Assembly: GCA_030690215.1 (NCBI GenBank)
Contig: JAUYHD010000011.1
Span: forward strand, 1-55,030
Direction of reading: 5' to 3'
DNA from: a bacterium
Lineage (GTDB): Bacteria; Patescibacteriota; Minisyncoccia; 1-14-0-10-42-19
Length of the DNA: 55,030 nt
Shown here: positions 1 to 10,111 of the stretch, in pieces
Numbering within the stretch: position 1 is the first letter of the stretch
Layout: the number at the start of each line of letters is the position of its first letter
Translations under genes and position numbers: made by a program
Notes under the pieces: generated by a model
What the model was told of the DNA's origin: nothing
Database searches by the model: none
Seen by the model: only the letters and a program-made list of their open reading frames with translations

Positions 1-135
1 GAGGATTTACGATACTATCTTAGATTATGGAATATGTACTACAATGACCTTGAACATTGCGGATTGAATGGGAAAACTCCAAATGAATTTCTCGCGAATT
101 ATCAACTAATCAATCCGCCAAATGTGCCTGCCTAA
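1..135 (+). mobile_element. 3' end of a DDE (rve) transposase, IS481/IS3-like, truncated by window edge
   Basis: Frame 1 reads EDLRYYLRLWNMYYNDLEHCGLNGKTPNEF...*, matching the YN-x-(R)-H-xx-L-x-G-x-TP tail of integrase-core transposases; ends ...AACA at 136-139, like a TGT...ACA IS end. Confidence 0.65.
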
Positions 136-193
136 AACAAAAAAAATATAAAACCCGCTACCTTATGCAGGGAGCGGGTCTATTTTTTTATAT

Positions 194-1453
194 TTATTCA
201 GTAGCGTAAAGAGCTTCGCTAAGCTCTTGGTAAACACCTATCGGAGGCTCAAGTCCGGTCGAGAAGCGCACAGAGTTAGGCGTAATGCCTATCTTTGCTT
301 TATCTTCCGCGCTCAACCCTTTGTGGCTCAATGAATACGCCGATTCAATGCTGGAAACATCTCCGGCGAGAGACGCCTTATTCGGAATAGATGTATTGTT
401 GTTCAGATAAAACAGGAATTTGTTTGTCCGTTCTTCCGACGCCCCTTTGATATAAAAATATATCATCCCGCCGTAATACATCTCCCCATCTATCGGTTTT
501 ACATGGCTCTTGAAGTTTTTCTTGTATTCATACGAATCAAGACCCGGATAAATAACACGCTCAACCAATGGATGACGTTCAAGCATACGCGCTATCACAA
601 GAGCATTCCGGCTATGCTGTCTGATGCGTTCGGGAAAATCCGCCATGGAAAACGTATGCGTCATAAACGCCTCAAACGGCCCAAGCGTGCCTCCATGTAT
701 ACAGGACCACCGAAACATCTCTTTCCAACAATCAGGATGCTCTGCGTAAAAACCCTTTGAGAGCGTAATAAACCCGAGCGACCAGCTTGATGCCCCCGCG
801 ATGTATTTCGTCCCGCTGTTTACGATTATATCAACGCCCCATTCAAACGGATGGACAAAACCGGTGCCAAACGTATTATCACAGGCAACTTTGGGTTTCG
901 CTTGTGTGCTCCGCGCAACCTTTACTATTCCCTTCGCGTCAACAAACGGTAATGTCGGGTTGCCTGGGTTCTCAAAAAATATCAGAACGGTGTTTTTGGT
1001 AATCGCTTTGCGGAGATTCTTTAAAAGGTTGGGGTCTGTTGAATACAAAAACTTAACCTCAACGTTATAAAGCAAGCTTTCATCTAGATAGACACCCGCG
1101 TCATCCGAACCGCCATAAAGCGTACGGATGATTATGACTCTTGCCTTCTTAAGATTTTTCTTCCGCATAAAATAGGATAGAGTCGGCTCAATAGCCTTAA
1201 TGACCGCGCCCATGCCATCAGAACACACACGGCCAACCGCGCCCCCCTCCATTTCTATGAGCTGTTTTTCCAACGCTACATGATCGGGATGGCACCCCAG
1301 ACGTATATATCCATGAAATTTTCCCTCAAATATATCCTTGTTCTGCTTTTCATTGCCTATCCCATCGCTTACATGGAAATACGGCATTGCCCCACAAAAT
1401 GTTTTGAAAAAATCTTCAACAGCGCTAATCGCTTCCCTGACTTTTGCTTTCAT
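194..1453 (-). CDS. Cys/Met metabolism PLP-dependent enzyme (methionine gamma-lyase/cystathionine lyase family)
   Basis: Motifs YIRLG-HP, SDGMGAV, LYGG, FENPGNP, DNTF, SGTKY (PLP Lys), YPGL, SLAG, RFSTGLE. Confidence 0.9.
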   Translation of the reverse strand: MKAKVREAISAVEDFFKTFCGAMPYFHVSDGIGNEKQNKDIFEGKFHGYIRLGCHPDHVALEKQLIEMEGGAVGRVCSDGMGAVIKAIEPTLSYFMRKKNLKKARVIIIRTLYGGSDDAGVYLDESLLYNVEVKFLYSTDPNLLKNLRKAITKNTVLIFFENPGNPTLPFVDAKGIVKVARSTQAKPKVACDNTFGTGFVHPFEWGVDIIVNSGTKYIAGASSWSLGFITLSKGFYAEHPDCWKEMFRWSCIHGGTLGPFEAFMTHTFSMADFPERIRQHSRNALVIARMLERHPLVERVIYPGLDSYEYKKNFKSHVKPIDGEMYYGGMIYFYIKGASEERTNKFLFYLNNNTSIPNKASLAGDVSSIESAYSLSHKGLSAEDKAKIGITPNSVRFSTGLEPPIGVYQELSEALYATE

Positions 1454-1511
1454 TGCAGTAGTATCCTCCGTAATGTATTTTATGTTTTATTTTCAAATAA
1501 AAACCGTGGTT

Positions 1512-1540
1512 ATTGTACCATTTAAGCCGGGAAAAATCAA
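1512..1540 (-). promoter_or_regulatory. sigma70 promoter of the PLP-enzyme gene
   Basis: Minus strand TTGATT-17 bp-TACAAT with TG extension. Confidence 0.65.
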
Positions 1541-1869
1541 CCCCGTAAGACAATATCGCATAATACGTCATGCGTTCGCCGCTCACTACACGCGCACTGA
1601 TTTGTTTTCTTGCTTTCCCAAAAATGTTGTTTTGTAAAATGACATATAAGAATGCATCATGCGATATTGCTCTACGGGGTCAACCCCCGTTTGGCTAAAT
1701 CGAACCGTCTTCCTCGCTGCATCTACCAGCAAGTCTCGATGGCATACTCAACGGAACATTGCTTCTTCAATCATGAATGGCATTCCGTAAGACGTAGATG
1801 CGGCTTTCGATTTTGCCTAACGGGGTCAACCCCATTAGATAGAGCGTTGCAAAGCCCGCTCATCTAACG
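1541..1869. repeat. Tandem array of three CCCCG...CGGGG hairpin elements (A1 1541-1679, B1 1685-1825, D1 1830-1869) separated by TCAA
   Basis: Terminal inverted repeats CCCCGT.../...ACGGGG; homologous copies at 14916-15382, 23351, 30526, 37290, 49672. Confidence 0.9.
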
Positions 1870-1889
1870 CCCCCCCCAGCAACACAAAA

Positions 1890-1917
1890 TAAAAAACGGA
1901 CATTGCTGTCCGTTTTA
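1890..1917 (-). terminator. Intrinsic terminator of the Glu dehydrogenase gene
   Basis: AAAACGGACA-ttgc-TGTCCGTTTT hairpin with T-run. Confidence 0.7.
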
Positions 1918-1931
1918 TACTACTTTTTATC

Positions 1932-3221
1932 TTAAACAGAAATTGCTGTGTGCTTCGTCCGAAACAAAGGAGCAACATTTTCAAGCGCAAGTAAATATGC
2001 GGCAAAACGCATTGAAACTTTATATTTCTTTTGAGCTTCAAATACATTATTTGTTTCGCGCCACATAACTTTGGAAAGCGCAGTCAGCACCTGATCGCTA
2101 GTTAATTCCCCCATAGGTACGCGGTGATCTATCTTGCCCATATTACGCGCCCATTCAAAAAATGAAACCGTTACCCCGCCGGCATTTGCCAAAATATCCG
2201 GTATGACAAAAACTCCTCTGCTCTCTAAAATCAAATCGGCTTCGCATGTTGTAGGTCCATTTGCACCCTCAATAATGCCCTTTGCTTTTATCTGCCAAGC
2301 ATTTTCTTTTGTAATAACATTTTCGAGCGCGGCTGGGATAAAAATATCAATATCTGGCAAGACAAGCAATTCATCATTTGTAATACGTTCACAATCTTTT
2401 ATTTCGCGCGTATCCTTTTTCCCTTGAAATTTTTCAAGTGGTATGCCGGATTTATTATATACCCCGCCATGCACATCACTGGTCGCAACAATGGTGAAAT
2501 CTTCCTCTGCGAGGATGCGCGCCACATGGTAGCCGACATTCCCGAAACCCATCACGCCAATACGCTTAAAATCTTTTTTCTGAAGATTTTTCAGTTTAAG
2601 AAATTTTTTGAATACCTGCACAAGTCCCCAACCGGTAGCCTCCACTCTCCCGGGGATGCCTCCATATCCAATCCCCGTTGGCTTTCCTGTGACAACTGCC
2701 TCAAATGGACCATAATTATGTGTTCGCGCCCTTTGGGCATATTTATTATGAAACCAATTCATAGTAGTCGGATTAGTACCGACATCGGGAGCGGGCACGT
2801 CCAATCTCGGTCCTATGAGATTTCGTTCAAGCATCTCTTCAGTCAATGCTTCAGTAACCCTTTTAAGTTCTTCCTGGGAATGCCTGCTAGGATCAATCGC
2901 AATACCACCCTTAGCGCCTCCGAATTCAAGCCCCATAAGCCAAGATTTGAGCGACATCTCTACGGCATGATCTTTCATCTTTTCTACAGTAACATCAGGG
3001 TGGTAACGCATCCCCCCCTTATAGGGAGAGCCGGGGAAAGGAGATCGGTGCCATGCCCGACATGCTTTAAATGATTGGAGAGACCCATCATCCATAGGCG
3101 CTTCGATGTCGCACTCCCAGACCGATTTAAATCCATGAAATTTTCTCTTCAGCCATGGTTCTAATCCTAAAAAATCACTCGCCTCATCTAGGCGTGCCAT
3201 AGTGCTGCTTTTTTCAGCCAT
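1932..3221 (-). CDS. gdhA: Glu/Leu/Phe/Val dehydrogenase (glutamate dehydrogenase)
   Basis: PYKGGMRYHP, GGAKGG, DVPAPDVGT, VVTGKP, GFGNVG, EGANGP, PDILANAGGV; start taken at MAEKSS after GGAGGA SD. Confidence 0.93.
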   Translation of the reverse strand: MAEKSSTMARLDEASDFLGLEPWLKRKFHGFKSVWECDIEAPMDDGSLQSFKACRAWHRSPFPGSPYKGGMRYHPDVTVEKMKDHAVEMSLKSWLMGLEFGGAKGGIAIDPSRHSQEELKRVTEALTEEMLERNLIGPRLDVPAPDVGTNPTTMNWFHNKYAQRARTHNYGPFEAVVTGKPTGIGYGGIPGRVEATGWGLVQVFKKFLKLKNLQKKDFKRIGVMGFGNVGYHVARILAEEDFTIVATSDVHGGVYNKSGIPLEKFQGKKDTREIKDCERITNDELLVLPDIDIFIPAALENVITKENAWQIKAKGIIEGANGPTTCEADLILESRGVFVIPDILANAGGVTVSFFEWARNMGKIDHRVPMGELTSDQVLTALSKVMWRETNNVFEAQKKYKVSMRFAAYLLALENVAPLFRTKHTAISV

Positions 3222-3309
3222 ATAATTCCTCCGCAATAGTGCGATTATAAATTTATTTTCAAAGAAAAAAGCGGTACAAAACCGCTTTCAGTATACTGCT
3301 GTGGGATTT

Positions 3310-3645
3310 TTACTTCAAGAGCGCGTCTATTTTTGCCGCCATAATAAAATCATTATCGGACAACCCCCCAATAGCGTGCGTCCAAAGCTCTATGCTTACC
3401 TTATTCCAGGAGTGTATAAGGATATCCGGATGGTGCCCTTCTGTCTCGGCAATATCCCCTACCTTATTTACAAAAGCAAGCGCTTCTTTAAAATCCTTAA
3501 ACTTAAAATCACGGGATATCTTCCTATGGTTATCTGCTACCGCCCATCCGGGAACCTGCCTATGAAATTCCTCTATGTTCTCCTTTTTGAGGGGAGGGGT
3601 ACCACCCTCACAGGGAACGCATTTCTTTTGTGTTAAATCGTCCAT
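3310..3645 (-). CDS. phhB: Pterin-4-alpha-carbinolamine dehydratase
   Basis: CVPCEGG, F-F-DF, EGHHPD, WTHAIGGLS-NDFIMAAKID. Confidence 0.93.
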   Translation of the reverse strand: MDDLTQKKCVPCEGGTPPLKKENIEEFHRQVPGWAVADNHRKISRDFKFKDFKEALAFVNKVGDIAETEGHHPDILIHSWNKVSIELWTHAIGGLSDNDFIMAAKIDALLK

Positions 3646-3984
3646 AAAAAAATAGTACCAAGAAGTACAAAAAAACAAAATATTTAATCTGTCAATTGCA
3701 TGCTATAATAAAAATAGACACAAAACATGCAATTCACAAATACCCCAAAAACGCCTTGAAATAAGAACTATTTTAAGGTAAGCGGCAGTAAGAAGCAGCA
3801 GACAAAAACGGCATTACGGAATAAAAAAAGAACTTTGACAACCCCTCTTTCACTCGAAAGAGGGGTTTGTGTCAATAAACTGTGAATAAAGCGTGAGTAA
3901 CACGTTAAAAATACAGGGAAAAATCAGTCTGCTTCCTAACGCCTACCTTAGAAACTATTGAAAAATAAGCTTTTTCATTAGGTC

Positions 3985-4500
3985 ATGCCAGGGGCTTGTT
4001 TACAGGAGGCTCTTGGTATGGCTTGGTGGACGCACATACTATTTGCGAAAAAAGAAACTATTCCTTCTTCAAAAAAGAAAAGGGGCGTCTTCATTACTGG
4101 CTACACAAGACTTAAAAAACATATACAAAAGAATTTTGTTGATATCCTGTATGTGATTTTTTCAATCTTTACTTACCTTTATCTTGTAATTTCGGTAGTA
4201 ACATTTTTCTTCCATGCATTTGTCCCTCATTCTCTGCCCTTCGCCATTGAAGCGCTGTCAGACCCCTATCTCGGAGCGCTCGGTGTGTATATTGTCATCC
4301 ACGGAATTGAAAAAAAACGCCGAAAAACGAAATCAAAAGGCCAATTATTCGTTTCGCTCTGGGCATTATTCTTTGTTGTAGCGTCCGTCTTTCTCTATTT
4401 TGTGCCTGACAGCACAGTTGAGAATTTATACAAAACAATTGTAACAAACGCATTCGCGGCAGTTATACTCCGCGTAGGAATGCTGATTCGTTACTTATAA
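3985..4500 (+). CDS. Hypothetical membrane protein (~4 TM helices); start uncertain
   Basis: Long ORF with four hydrophobic segments, convergent with rplR. Confidence 0.6.
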   Translation: MPGACLQEALGMAWWTHILFAKKETIPSSKKKRGVFITGYTRLKKHIQKNFVDILYVIFSIFTYLYLVISVVTFFFHAFVPHSLPFAIEALSDPYLGALGVYIVIHGIEKKRRKTKSKGQLFVSLWALFFVVASVFLYFVPDSTVENLYKTIVTNAFAAVILRVGMLIRYL

Positions 4501-4511
4501 CAAGAGTACAT

Positions 4512-4886
4512 TTAAAACAAAAGGCCTGCTTCCCGAGCTCCATCGGCAACCGCTTTTGTGCGGCCATGGTATTTATAATGGGAACGGTCAAAAACCGCTC
4601 GGTGGATTCCTTTTTTAACCGCCGCTTCGGCAAGTTTCTTGCCTATATCGCGCGCGGTTTCTGTTTTCTTCGCGGTTTTTTTCTTTGCTGAAGCTTTTTT
4701 TACATTTCCCACGCCCACTATGGTCTTCCCCGAGGCATCGTCAATAAGCTGGGCGTATGTGTGCTTGTGAGAATGGGAAACAGAAAGACGCGGACGAACG
4801 TGCGTGCCATACATACCCGCTCGAACCCGCTTTTTTCTCCGCATCATGCCTTCTTTTTTCTTTTGTGATTCTTTTTGCGTTTTCAT
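4512..4886 (-). CDS. rplR: 50S ribosomal protein L18
   Basis: RPRLSV, YAQLIDD, VFDR..YKYHGR, AREAGL. Confidence 0.97.
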   Translation of the reverse strand: MKTQKESQKKKEGMMRRKKRVRAGMYGTHVRPRLSVSHSHKHTYAQLIDDASGKTIVGVGNVKKASAKKKTAKKTETARDIGKKLAEAAVKKGIHRAVFDRSHYKYHGRTKAVADGAREAGLLF

Positions 4887-4892
4887 ATTCTA

Positions 4893-5441
4893 TTACGCTC
4901 CTGTGGTTGCAGCTTTTTTCCCGGCTTTCCGCCTGACAACCTCTCCTTGATAACGAATCCCCTTTCCTTTGTATGGTTCGGGTTTGCGGTATGAGCGGAT
5001 TCTTGCCGCTGTTTCTCCCACTTTTTCTTTATCAATACCGGAAATAGTAATAACATTCTTCTCAACCTGCAACGTGATGCCATCTTGCGGCTTTACTTCC
5101 ACCGGATGCGAAAACCCTAAGCTCAATACCAAGTCCTGTCCTTGCATATTCGCGCGGTATCCGATACCTTCTATCTCAAGCTTCTTAGAAAATCCTTCGG
5201 TCACTCCCGTTATCATATTTTTTATGTGAGCAACATATGTTCCCCATAACGCCTTTGATTCCAGCGTCTCTTTGCGAAGCGTTACTGTAACTACCGCGTC
5301 TTGTATTGTAACTTCTACCAAACGGTCATATATAGAACGCGTAAGCTCACCTTTTGGTCCTTTGACGCGAACGACGCCATTGTCATATGAAATGGTTACT
5401 CCCGCGGGTATAGCAACTGGTTGTTTTCCTATACGACTCAT
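4893..5441 (-). CDS. rplF: 50S ribosomal protein L6
   Basis: MSRIGKQP, LGFSHP, RKPEPYKGKGIRY. Confidence 0.98.
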   Translation of the reverse strand: MSRIGKQPVAIPAGVTISYDNGVVRVKGPKGELTRSIYDRLVEVTIQDAVVTVTLRKETLESKALWGTYVAHIKNMITGVTEGFSKKLEIEGIGYRANMQGQDLVLSLGFSHPVEVKPQDGITLQVEKNVITISGIDKEKVGETAARIRSYRKPEPYKGKGIRYQGEVVRRKAGKKAATTGA

Positions 5442-5445
5442 AGTA

Positions 5446-5832
5446 TTACCAAACGCGCGCGATTATTTCTCCACCGACTTTCTGTTTTTCCGCATCTTTC
5501 GCAGAAACCAAACCCTTTGGAGTTGAAACAACAACCATGCCGCGTGAGGAACGGAATGATTTTAACTCTTGCCACCCTCCGTATATTCGCTGTGATTGTT
5601 TTGAAACCATGCGGATACCATGAATAACGGACGCGTCTTTTTCATATCGCAACGTCACTTCTATGACACGCTTGTTCTTTTTCCCCCGGCGGACGGTATC
5701 TGTAACATATCCTTTGTCTTGAAGAAGTTTTATAATTTCCATTTTAAATTTGGAATACGGAACAGACACGCTTTCGTGATGAGCGCGGGATGCATTTACT
5801 ATTTGTACAAACATGTTTGCTATTGGGTTCAT
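5446..5832 (-). CDS. rpsH: 30S ribosomal protein S8
   Basis: PIANM, VSTPKG, GGEII..VW; operon position. Confidence 0.97.
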   Translation of the reverse strand: MNPIANMFVQIVNASRAHHESVSVPYSKFKMEIIKLLQDKGYVTDTVRRGKKNKRVIEVTLRYEKDASVIHGIRMVSKQSQRIYGGWQELKSFRSSRGMVVVSTPKGLVSAKDAEKQKVGGEIIARVW

Positions 5833-5874
5833 GCCAATTTTTATTATGAGCGAAAACGAATAACTATAAAATTG

Positions 5875-6027
5875 CGCCTATTCCTCGGCATATGTATACT
5901 TCGTGAAAATGCGGGATCTTCGCCCATTCAACTACTCGCTCGCGCTCGCAGGAATGGGCGGGGGTTTTGCAGTCGCTCGCGCCAAATGCGCATTACGCAT
6001 CTCGCGCGAGCGAGCAAATTCACTTTA
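5875..6027. repeat. ~153-bp GC-rich multi-hairpin repeat, copy 1 (between rpsN and rpsH)
   Basis: Near-identical to 10112-10265. Confidence 0.92.
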
Positions 6028-6210
6028 CCATGATGACTTCTTAACGCCGGGGAGCATGCCTTCGTTTGCAAGCTCACGGAAACAGATACGACATAAATCA
6101 AAATCCCTCATATACCCGTGCTTGCGGCCGCACCGAAAACATCTTCGCACAACGCGTGATTTGTATTTTGGCTTCTTTTTCGCTCTCGCGATTACTGATT
6201 CTTTTGCCAT
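6025..6210 (-). CDS. rpsN: 30S ribosomal protein S14, zinc-binding type
   Basis: RCFRCGR...[16 protein letters not shown]. Confidence 0.98.
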   Translation of the reverse strand: MAKESVIARAKKKPKYKSRVVRRCFRCGRKHGYMRDFDLCRICFRELANEGMLPGVKKSSW

Positions 6211-6253
6211 GCCAATTTTGTTTATGAATACAATGAATAACTATAAATTTGGC

Positions 6254-6805
6254 TCATTTTTGCGGGTCAATTCTTTTAAAAGGAAATCCTAATTGGGTAA
6301 AGAGCGCCATTGCCTCTTCTTTTGAACGGGCGCTTGTAACAATAGTAATCTCAAACCCAAAAATAAGCTTTGCGTCTTCACCCACCATCTCTGGAAATAC
6401 AATATGTTCTGGGACCCCTATTGTCAAATTGCCCGACCCATCAATCGCAGAGTTTTTTATGCCGCGAAAGTCTCTCGTACGCGGGAGCGCAACAAAAATA
6501 ACACGCTCAAGAAAATCATACATACGCTGCCCACGAAGGGTTGACGCATATCCGATGATCTGCCCCTGGCGCGTTTTAAAAGTAGCAATTGATTTTTTCG
6601 CTGGACGCGGGGCTACTACCTGCCCCACGATAAGCTGTAAATCCCGAACTATCTGTTTTTGTTCTTCTTCGGTTCTCCGCCCCACGCCGACATTCACCAC
6701 AACCTTAACAATCTGGGGTATTGCCATAGGATTATCGTACCCGAATTCCTTTTTAAAAAACGGCATAACTTCCTTTTTATATTGTTTTTGCAATGCTGTT
6801 TCCAT
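6254..6805 (-). CDS. rplE: 50S ribosomal protein L5
   Basis: KVVVNVGVG, TLRGQRMYDF, LPRTRDFRG. Confidence 0.98.
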   Translation of the reverse strand: METALQKQYKKEVMPFFKKEFGYDNPMAIPQIVKVVVNVGVGRRTEEEQKQIVRDLQLIVGQVVAPRPAKKSIATFKTRQGQIIGYASTLRGQRMYDFLERVIFVALPRTRDFRGIKNSAIDGSGNLTIGVPEHIVFPEMVGEDAKLIFGFEITIVTSARSKEEAMALFTQLGFPFKRIDPQK

Positions 6806-6807
6806 AA

Positions 6808-7137
6808 TTATATGTTATTCTTGCATTTTTTACATACACGAACCTTTTTCTTGTCCTCGCCCGTACGAAAACCAACACGCGTCGGCTTACCGCACGATCC
6901 GCACACCACCGAAACATTTGATGCGTGGATCGGCATCGCAAGCAATACTTTTTCTCCTTTTTTCCCTTGCTTGCGCGAACGTCTGTGGCGAGTTTGCATA
7001 TTCACGTTCTCAATAATAACGCGGCCATTTTCCAAAAAAACGCTTACAACTTTACCGGTTTTCCCTTTGTCTTTCCCTGAAAGCACTCGCACCGTATCCC
7101 CCCGCTTTATTCTTGTTTTTGCCTGCATCATTGCCAT
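6808..7137 (-). CDS. rplX: 50S ribosomal protein L24
   Basis: KOW motif IKRGDTVRVLSGKDKGKTG, PIHASNV. Confidence 0.97.
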   Translation of the reverse strand: MAMMQAKTRIKRGDTVRVLSGKDKGKTGKVVSVFLENGRVIIENVNMQTRHRRSRKQGKKGEKVLLAMPIHASNVSVVCGSCGKPTRVGFRTGEDKKKVRVCKKCKNNI

Positions 7138-7141
7138 ATGC

Positions 7142-7507
7142 CTACACCACCTCCTGCGCTAAACCAATAATCTTTGCGTACTTTTCCCGTAATTCACGGG
7201 GGATAGGCCCGAATATGCGCCCCCCGCGCGGCTCTCCCTTTGCGTCAACCACTACAACCGCGTTGTCATCAAACCGGATGTATGAACCATCCTTCCTTCG
7301 GAACGCCTCGCGCTGTCTTACCACCACCGCCCGTACAACTTCTTTTTTCTTCAAAATCTTTCGCGGTTCTGCAACCTTCACCGACCCCACAATAACATCG
7401 CCGATACGCGCGTACCGCTTTCGCGTTCCCCCCAACACCTTAAAACACTGGATGAGCTTTGCTCCGGTGTTATCGGCTACCCCCAACATTGTTCGCGGTT
7501 GAATCAT
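7142..7507 (-). CDS. rplN: 50S ribosomal protein L14
   Basis: MIQPRT, ADNTGAK, RFDDNA, RIFGP. Confidence 0.98.
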   Translation of the reverse strand: MIQPRTMLGVADNTGAKLIQCFKVLGGTRKRYARIGDVIVGSVKVAEPRKILKKKEVVRAVVVRQREAFRRKDGSYIRFDDNAVVVVDAKGEPRGGRIFGPIPRELREKYAKIIGLAQEVV

Positions 7508-7512
7508 AAAAA

Positions 7513-7755
7513 TTATATTTTTTCTACCACAAGCCAGCACTTGTCCCGGGATATCGGACGCGATTCCTGGATAATAACGGTATCGCCAACCTGATATTGG
7601 TTTGTTTCGTCGTGTGCTTTATAGCGCTTGCTTCGCTTAATGTATTTTTTAAATACCGGATGCTTCAAATAATTGTGTACTTCTACCACAGCCGTTTTTT
7701 GGCCTTTATGCGAAACTATCTTTCCTTTTAATTTTTTCTTTGTTGGGTTATTCAT
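7513..7755 (-). CDS. rpsQ: 30S ribosomal protein S17
   Basis: [26 protein letters not shown]. Confidence 0.97.
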   Translation of the reverse strand: MNNPTKKKLKGKIVSHKGQKTAVVEVHNYLKHPVFKKYIKRSKRYKAHDETNQYQVGDTVIIQESRPISRDKCWLVVEKI

Positions 7756-7939
7756 GATTTTCTTTGTTCGTGCGGGTAAAAATACGCGCAATCGTCCGCC
7801 TCATTATTTTCCCGTTCTGATTATTTTTCACTTTTCCTTGCCCGACCTGAAAACGAAACTCGCGGAGCGCATTGCGGGTCTCTTTCAATAATTGCGCGAG
7901 CTCCTCGGTATTTTTATGTTGTATGTCTTTCATCTTCAT
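7748..7939 (-). CDS. rpmC: 50S ribosomal protein L29
   Basis: LREFRFQ, RRTIARIFT; operon position. Confidence 0.95.
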   Translation of the reverse strand: MKMKDIQHKNTEELAQLLKETRNALREFRFQVGQGKVKNNQNGKIMRRTIARIFTRTNKENHE

Positions 7940-8056
7940 ATGTTTATTCCTACAAAAAATACGAATACTTACAAAATTACAAAAACCTATCCCACTCTTT
8001 CGTACGTTCGCGTATGTTTATAATTTCATAGGATTTCATATATTCGTGGGGGTGTG

Positions 8057-8470
8057 TTACTCACGAAACACAACTTTTGTGCGCATAGGGAGTTTGGCAC
8101 CCGCACGCCGTAAGGCTGTCCGGGCATCCTGCTCCGAAATGCCGTCAACTTCAAATAATATCCTTCCTCTGCCCACCTCTGCGACATATTTTGAAGGATC
8201 GCCCTTCCCTTTGCCCATTCCTACTTCCGGCGGCTTTTGGGTGATTGGCTTGTCGGGGAAAATACGAATCCAGAGCTTTCCTCCCTTTTGCACAAAACGG
8301 GTGATTGCCTTCCGCGCAGCCTCAATTTGGCGCGAATCAATTTCTGCCGCGTCTTCCGCCTGAAGTCCGGCGCTCCCAAACGCAATTGCCGTCCCTCGAG
8401 AAGCGACTTTATTCGCATTCCCTCTCATGCGATGCCATTTTCTGTATTTTACTTTCTTTGGAAATAACAT
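8057..8470 (-). CDS. rplP: 50S ribosomal protein L16
   Basis: [27 protein letters not shown]. Confidence 0.98.
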   Translation of the reverse strand: MLFPKKVKYRKWHRMRGNANKVASRGTAIAFGSAGLQAEDAAEIDSRQIEAARKAITRFVQKGGKLWIRIFPDKPITQKPPEVGMGKGKGDPSKYVAEVGRGRILFEVDGISEQDARTALRRAGAKLPMRTKVVFRE

Positions 8471-8479
8471 ACGTTCGTA

Positions 8480-9151
8480 TTATTGTTTATTTTTTACATC
8501 TTTCACGAATTTTTCTCCGCGATAGATCCATACTTTAATGCCAATATCACCATACGGTAAATGCGCGCGCTCCCGAACAAAATCAATGTCCGCACGAAGC
8601 GTCTGCAACGGCACACGCCCCCTCATAAGCCACTCCACCCGAGACATTTCTGCTCCTCCGAGCCGTCCCGATAACTTTACTTTGACACCCTCAACATCCC
8701 TGTTTGTGATTACCTTATCAAGCGTTTTTTTCATAACACGGCGAAACGGCAACCGTCGTTCCAAATCCTCCGCAATCATTTGCGCCACGATAGCGGCATT
8801 GCTTTCGGGTGATCGAAGCTCTTCGATGGATAATTTAATCTCCTGCGGAATCGGCAGCTTTAATCGCTGCATACGCCGTATAGTCTCTTTGCGCAATGTT
8901 TCAACGCCTTCGCCTTTCTTACCGATAAGCATACCGGGTCGGGATGTGCTGATAATAAAATGCAAAAGAGTCGGTGAACGCTCTATAATAATATCAGAAA
9001 CATATGACCCGCGGAGCCGCTTTACAAGCCATTCTCGCATCAGTATGTCGCTCTTCAAAAACGTATGATATCCTTTTTTATTAAACCAGCGTGACTTCCA
9101 ATCACGAAGAATGCCTAATCGAAATGAATATGGATGAACAGTGTGGCTCAT
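8480..9151 (-). CDS. rpsC: 30S ribosomal protein S3
   Basis: HPYSFRLG, RPGMLIG, GRLGGAEM, PLQTLRADID. Confidence 0.98.
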   Translation of the reverse strand: MSHTVHPYSFRLGILRDWKSRWFNKKGYHTFLKSDILMREWLVKRLRGSYVSDIIIERSPTLLHFIISTSRPGMLIGKKGEGVETLRKETIRRMQRLKLPIPQEIKLSIEELRSPESNAAIVAQMIAEDLERRLPFRRVMKKTLDKVITNRDVEGVKVKLSGRLGGAEMSRVEWLMRGRVPLQTLRADIDFVRERAHLPYGDIGIKVWIYRGEKFVKDVKNKQ

Positions 9152-9615
9152 AGTGATGATATCGGATTAAGTGTAATCTTTTTTTTGTTTATTTCTTTAA
9201 CTTCTTCCGTGACGATTGGTGTTTTGGGCGTTTTATTTTTTTTGGATGCGGACATTTGGACTTGGGGCTTCTTGGCGGTGCGGCGTTCTTCCAACACAAG
9301 AGTAATGTGGCTCGTTTTTTTACGGATAAGCGTCGCGCGCCCCATGGCCCGCGGCGAATAGCGCTTTAATACAGGGCCCTCGTCCACCCGAATTTCCGAT
9401 ACATACAAATGCGCGTCCTCCATATGAAAATTATGCTTTGCGTTTGCCTCTGCCGATTGTAATAATTTTTTCATCGGAAGCGACGCGCGTTTCGGAAGAA
9501 ACGACAAAATCTGAATTGCGTCCGTTACGTCTTTTCTTCTAATGGCATCGGCTACAAGCCGCACCTTTCGGGGCGCTATACGCAGATGTTTTAATTGTGC
9601 TTTTACTGCGGGCAT
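9148..9615 (-). CDS. rplV: 50S ribosomal protein L22 with C-terminal extension
   Basis: RIAPRKVRLVAD, SAEANA, PRAMGRA, TSHIT. Confidence 0.97.
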   Translation of the reverse strand: MPAVKAQLKHLRIAPRKVRLVADAIRRKDVTDAIQILSFLPKRASLPMKKLLQSAEANAKHNFHMEDAHLYVSEIRVDEGPVLKRYSPRAMGRATLIRKKTSHITLVLEERRTAKKPQVQMSASKKNKTPKTPIVTEEVKEINKKKITLNPISSL

Positions 9616-9620
9616 AGTGT

Positions 9621-9935
9621 TTATTGTTTTTTAGCTTGTATATCCGTTTCTTTCGCGCGCATTTCTGTTTCTTTTTGTAATTTTCCTCCGTGCCGTACAA
9701 ATTTGCGCGTGGGCGAAAATTCACCAAGCCGATGGCCAACCATCTCTTCGGTAACTTTCACCGGAATAAAATCTCTTCCGTTATGCACGCCGAACGTAAA
9801 CCCGACCATTTCAGGCGCAATCTGGGAATCGCGCGACCAGGTCTTTACAACCGTATTGTATTCCGGCTTCAATACGCTTATCTTTTTCAGTAGCTTTGGA
9901 TCCACATACGGACCCTTTTTCGCTGATCGTGTCAT
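9621..9935 (-). CDS. rpsS: 30S ribosomal protein S19
   Basis: [27 protein letters not shown]. Confidence 0.98.
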   Translation of the reverse strand: MTRSAKKGPYVDPKLLKKISVLKPEYNTVVKTWSRDSQIAPEMVGFTFGVHNGRDFIPVKVTEEMVGHRLGEFSPTRKFVRHGGKLQKETEMRAKETDIQAKKQ

Positions 9936-9980
9936 GCCAATTTTATTTATGAGCAGAGCGAATAATTATAAAATTGCGCA

Positions 9981-10038
9981 CCCAGCACATAACTTTGTAT
10001 TGAAAAAAATATTTATGAATACAAAGTTATGTGCTGGG
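9981..10038. repeat. Palindromic element CCCAGCACATAACTTTGTATT...AATACAAAGTTATGTGCTGGG
   Basis: 21-bp perfect inverted repeat; degenerate relative at ~40021-40217. Confidence 0.85.
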
Positions 10039-10111
10039 TAAAGTCACCGCGCTGTTCACGAAGCAAGTTTTGATGTACAAAACGTAGCTGAGTGATTACA
10101 GTGCGCGACCC

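Noticed and set aside
1-139. Edge transposase as the mobiliser of CCCCG...CGGGG elements
   Set aside because: Its apparent end is ...AACA (TGT/ACA type), which does not match the element termini
1815-1840. Integron attC reading of GCCTAAC...(G/A)TTAGAT junctions
   Set aside because: RYYYAAC/GTTRRRY-like heptamers face outward from each unit, solo elements have 4-bp duplications, there are no L boxes or ORF cassettes, and no intI in the window
1652-1867. Short ORFs across hairpin elements (also 15098-15328, 15175-15432, 37368-37568, 49659-49871)
   Set aside because: Reading frames are not conserved between homologous copies, whereas base pairing is
5903-6292. ORFs sharing MRDLRPFNYSLALAGMGGGFA (also 10092-10298)
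   Set aside because: Translation of the non-coding 153-bp repeat, antisense to r-protein genes, no RBS
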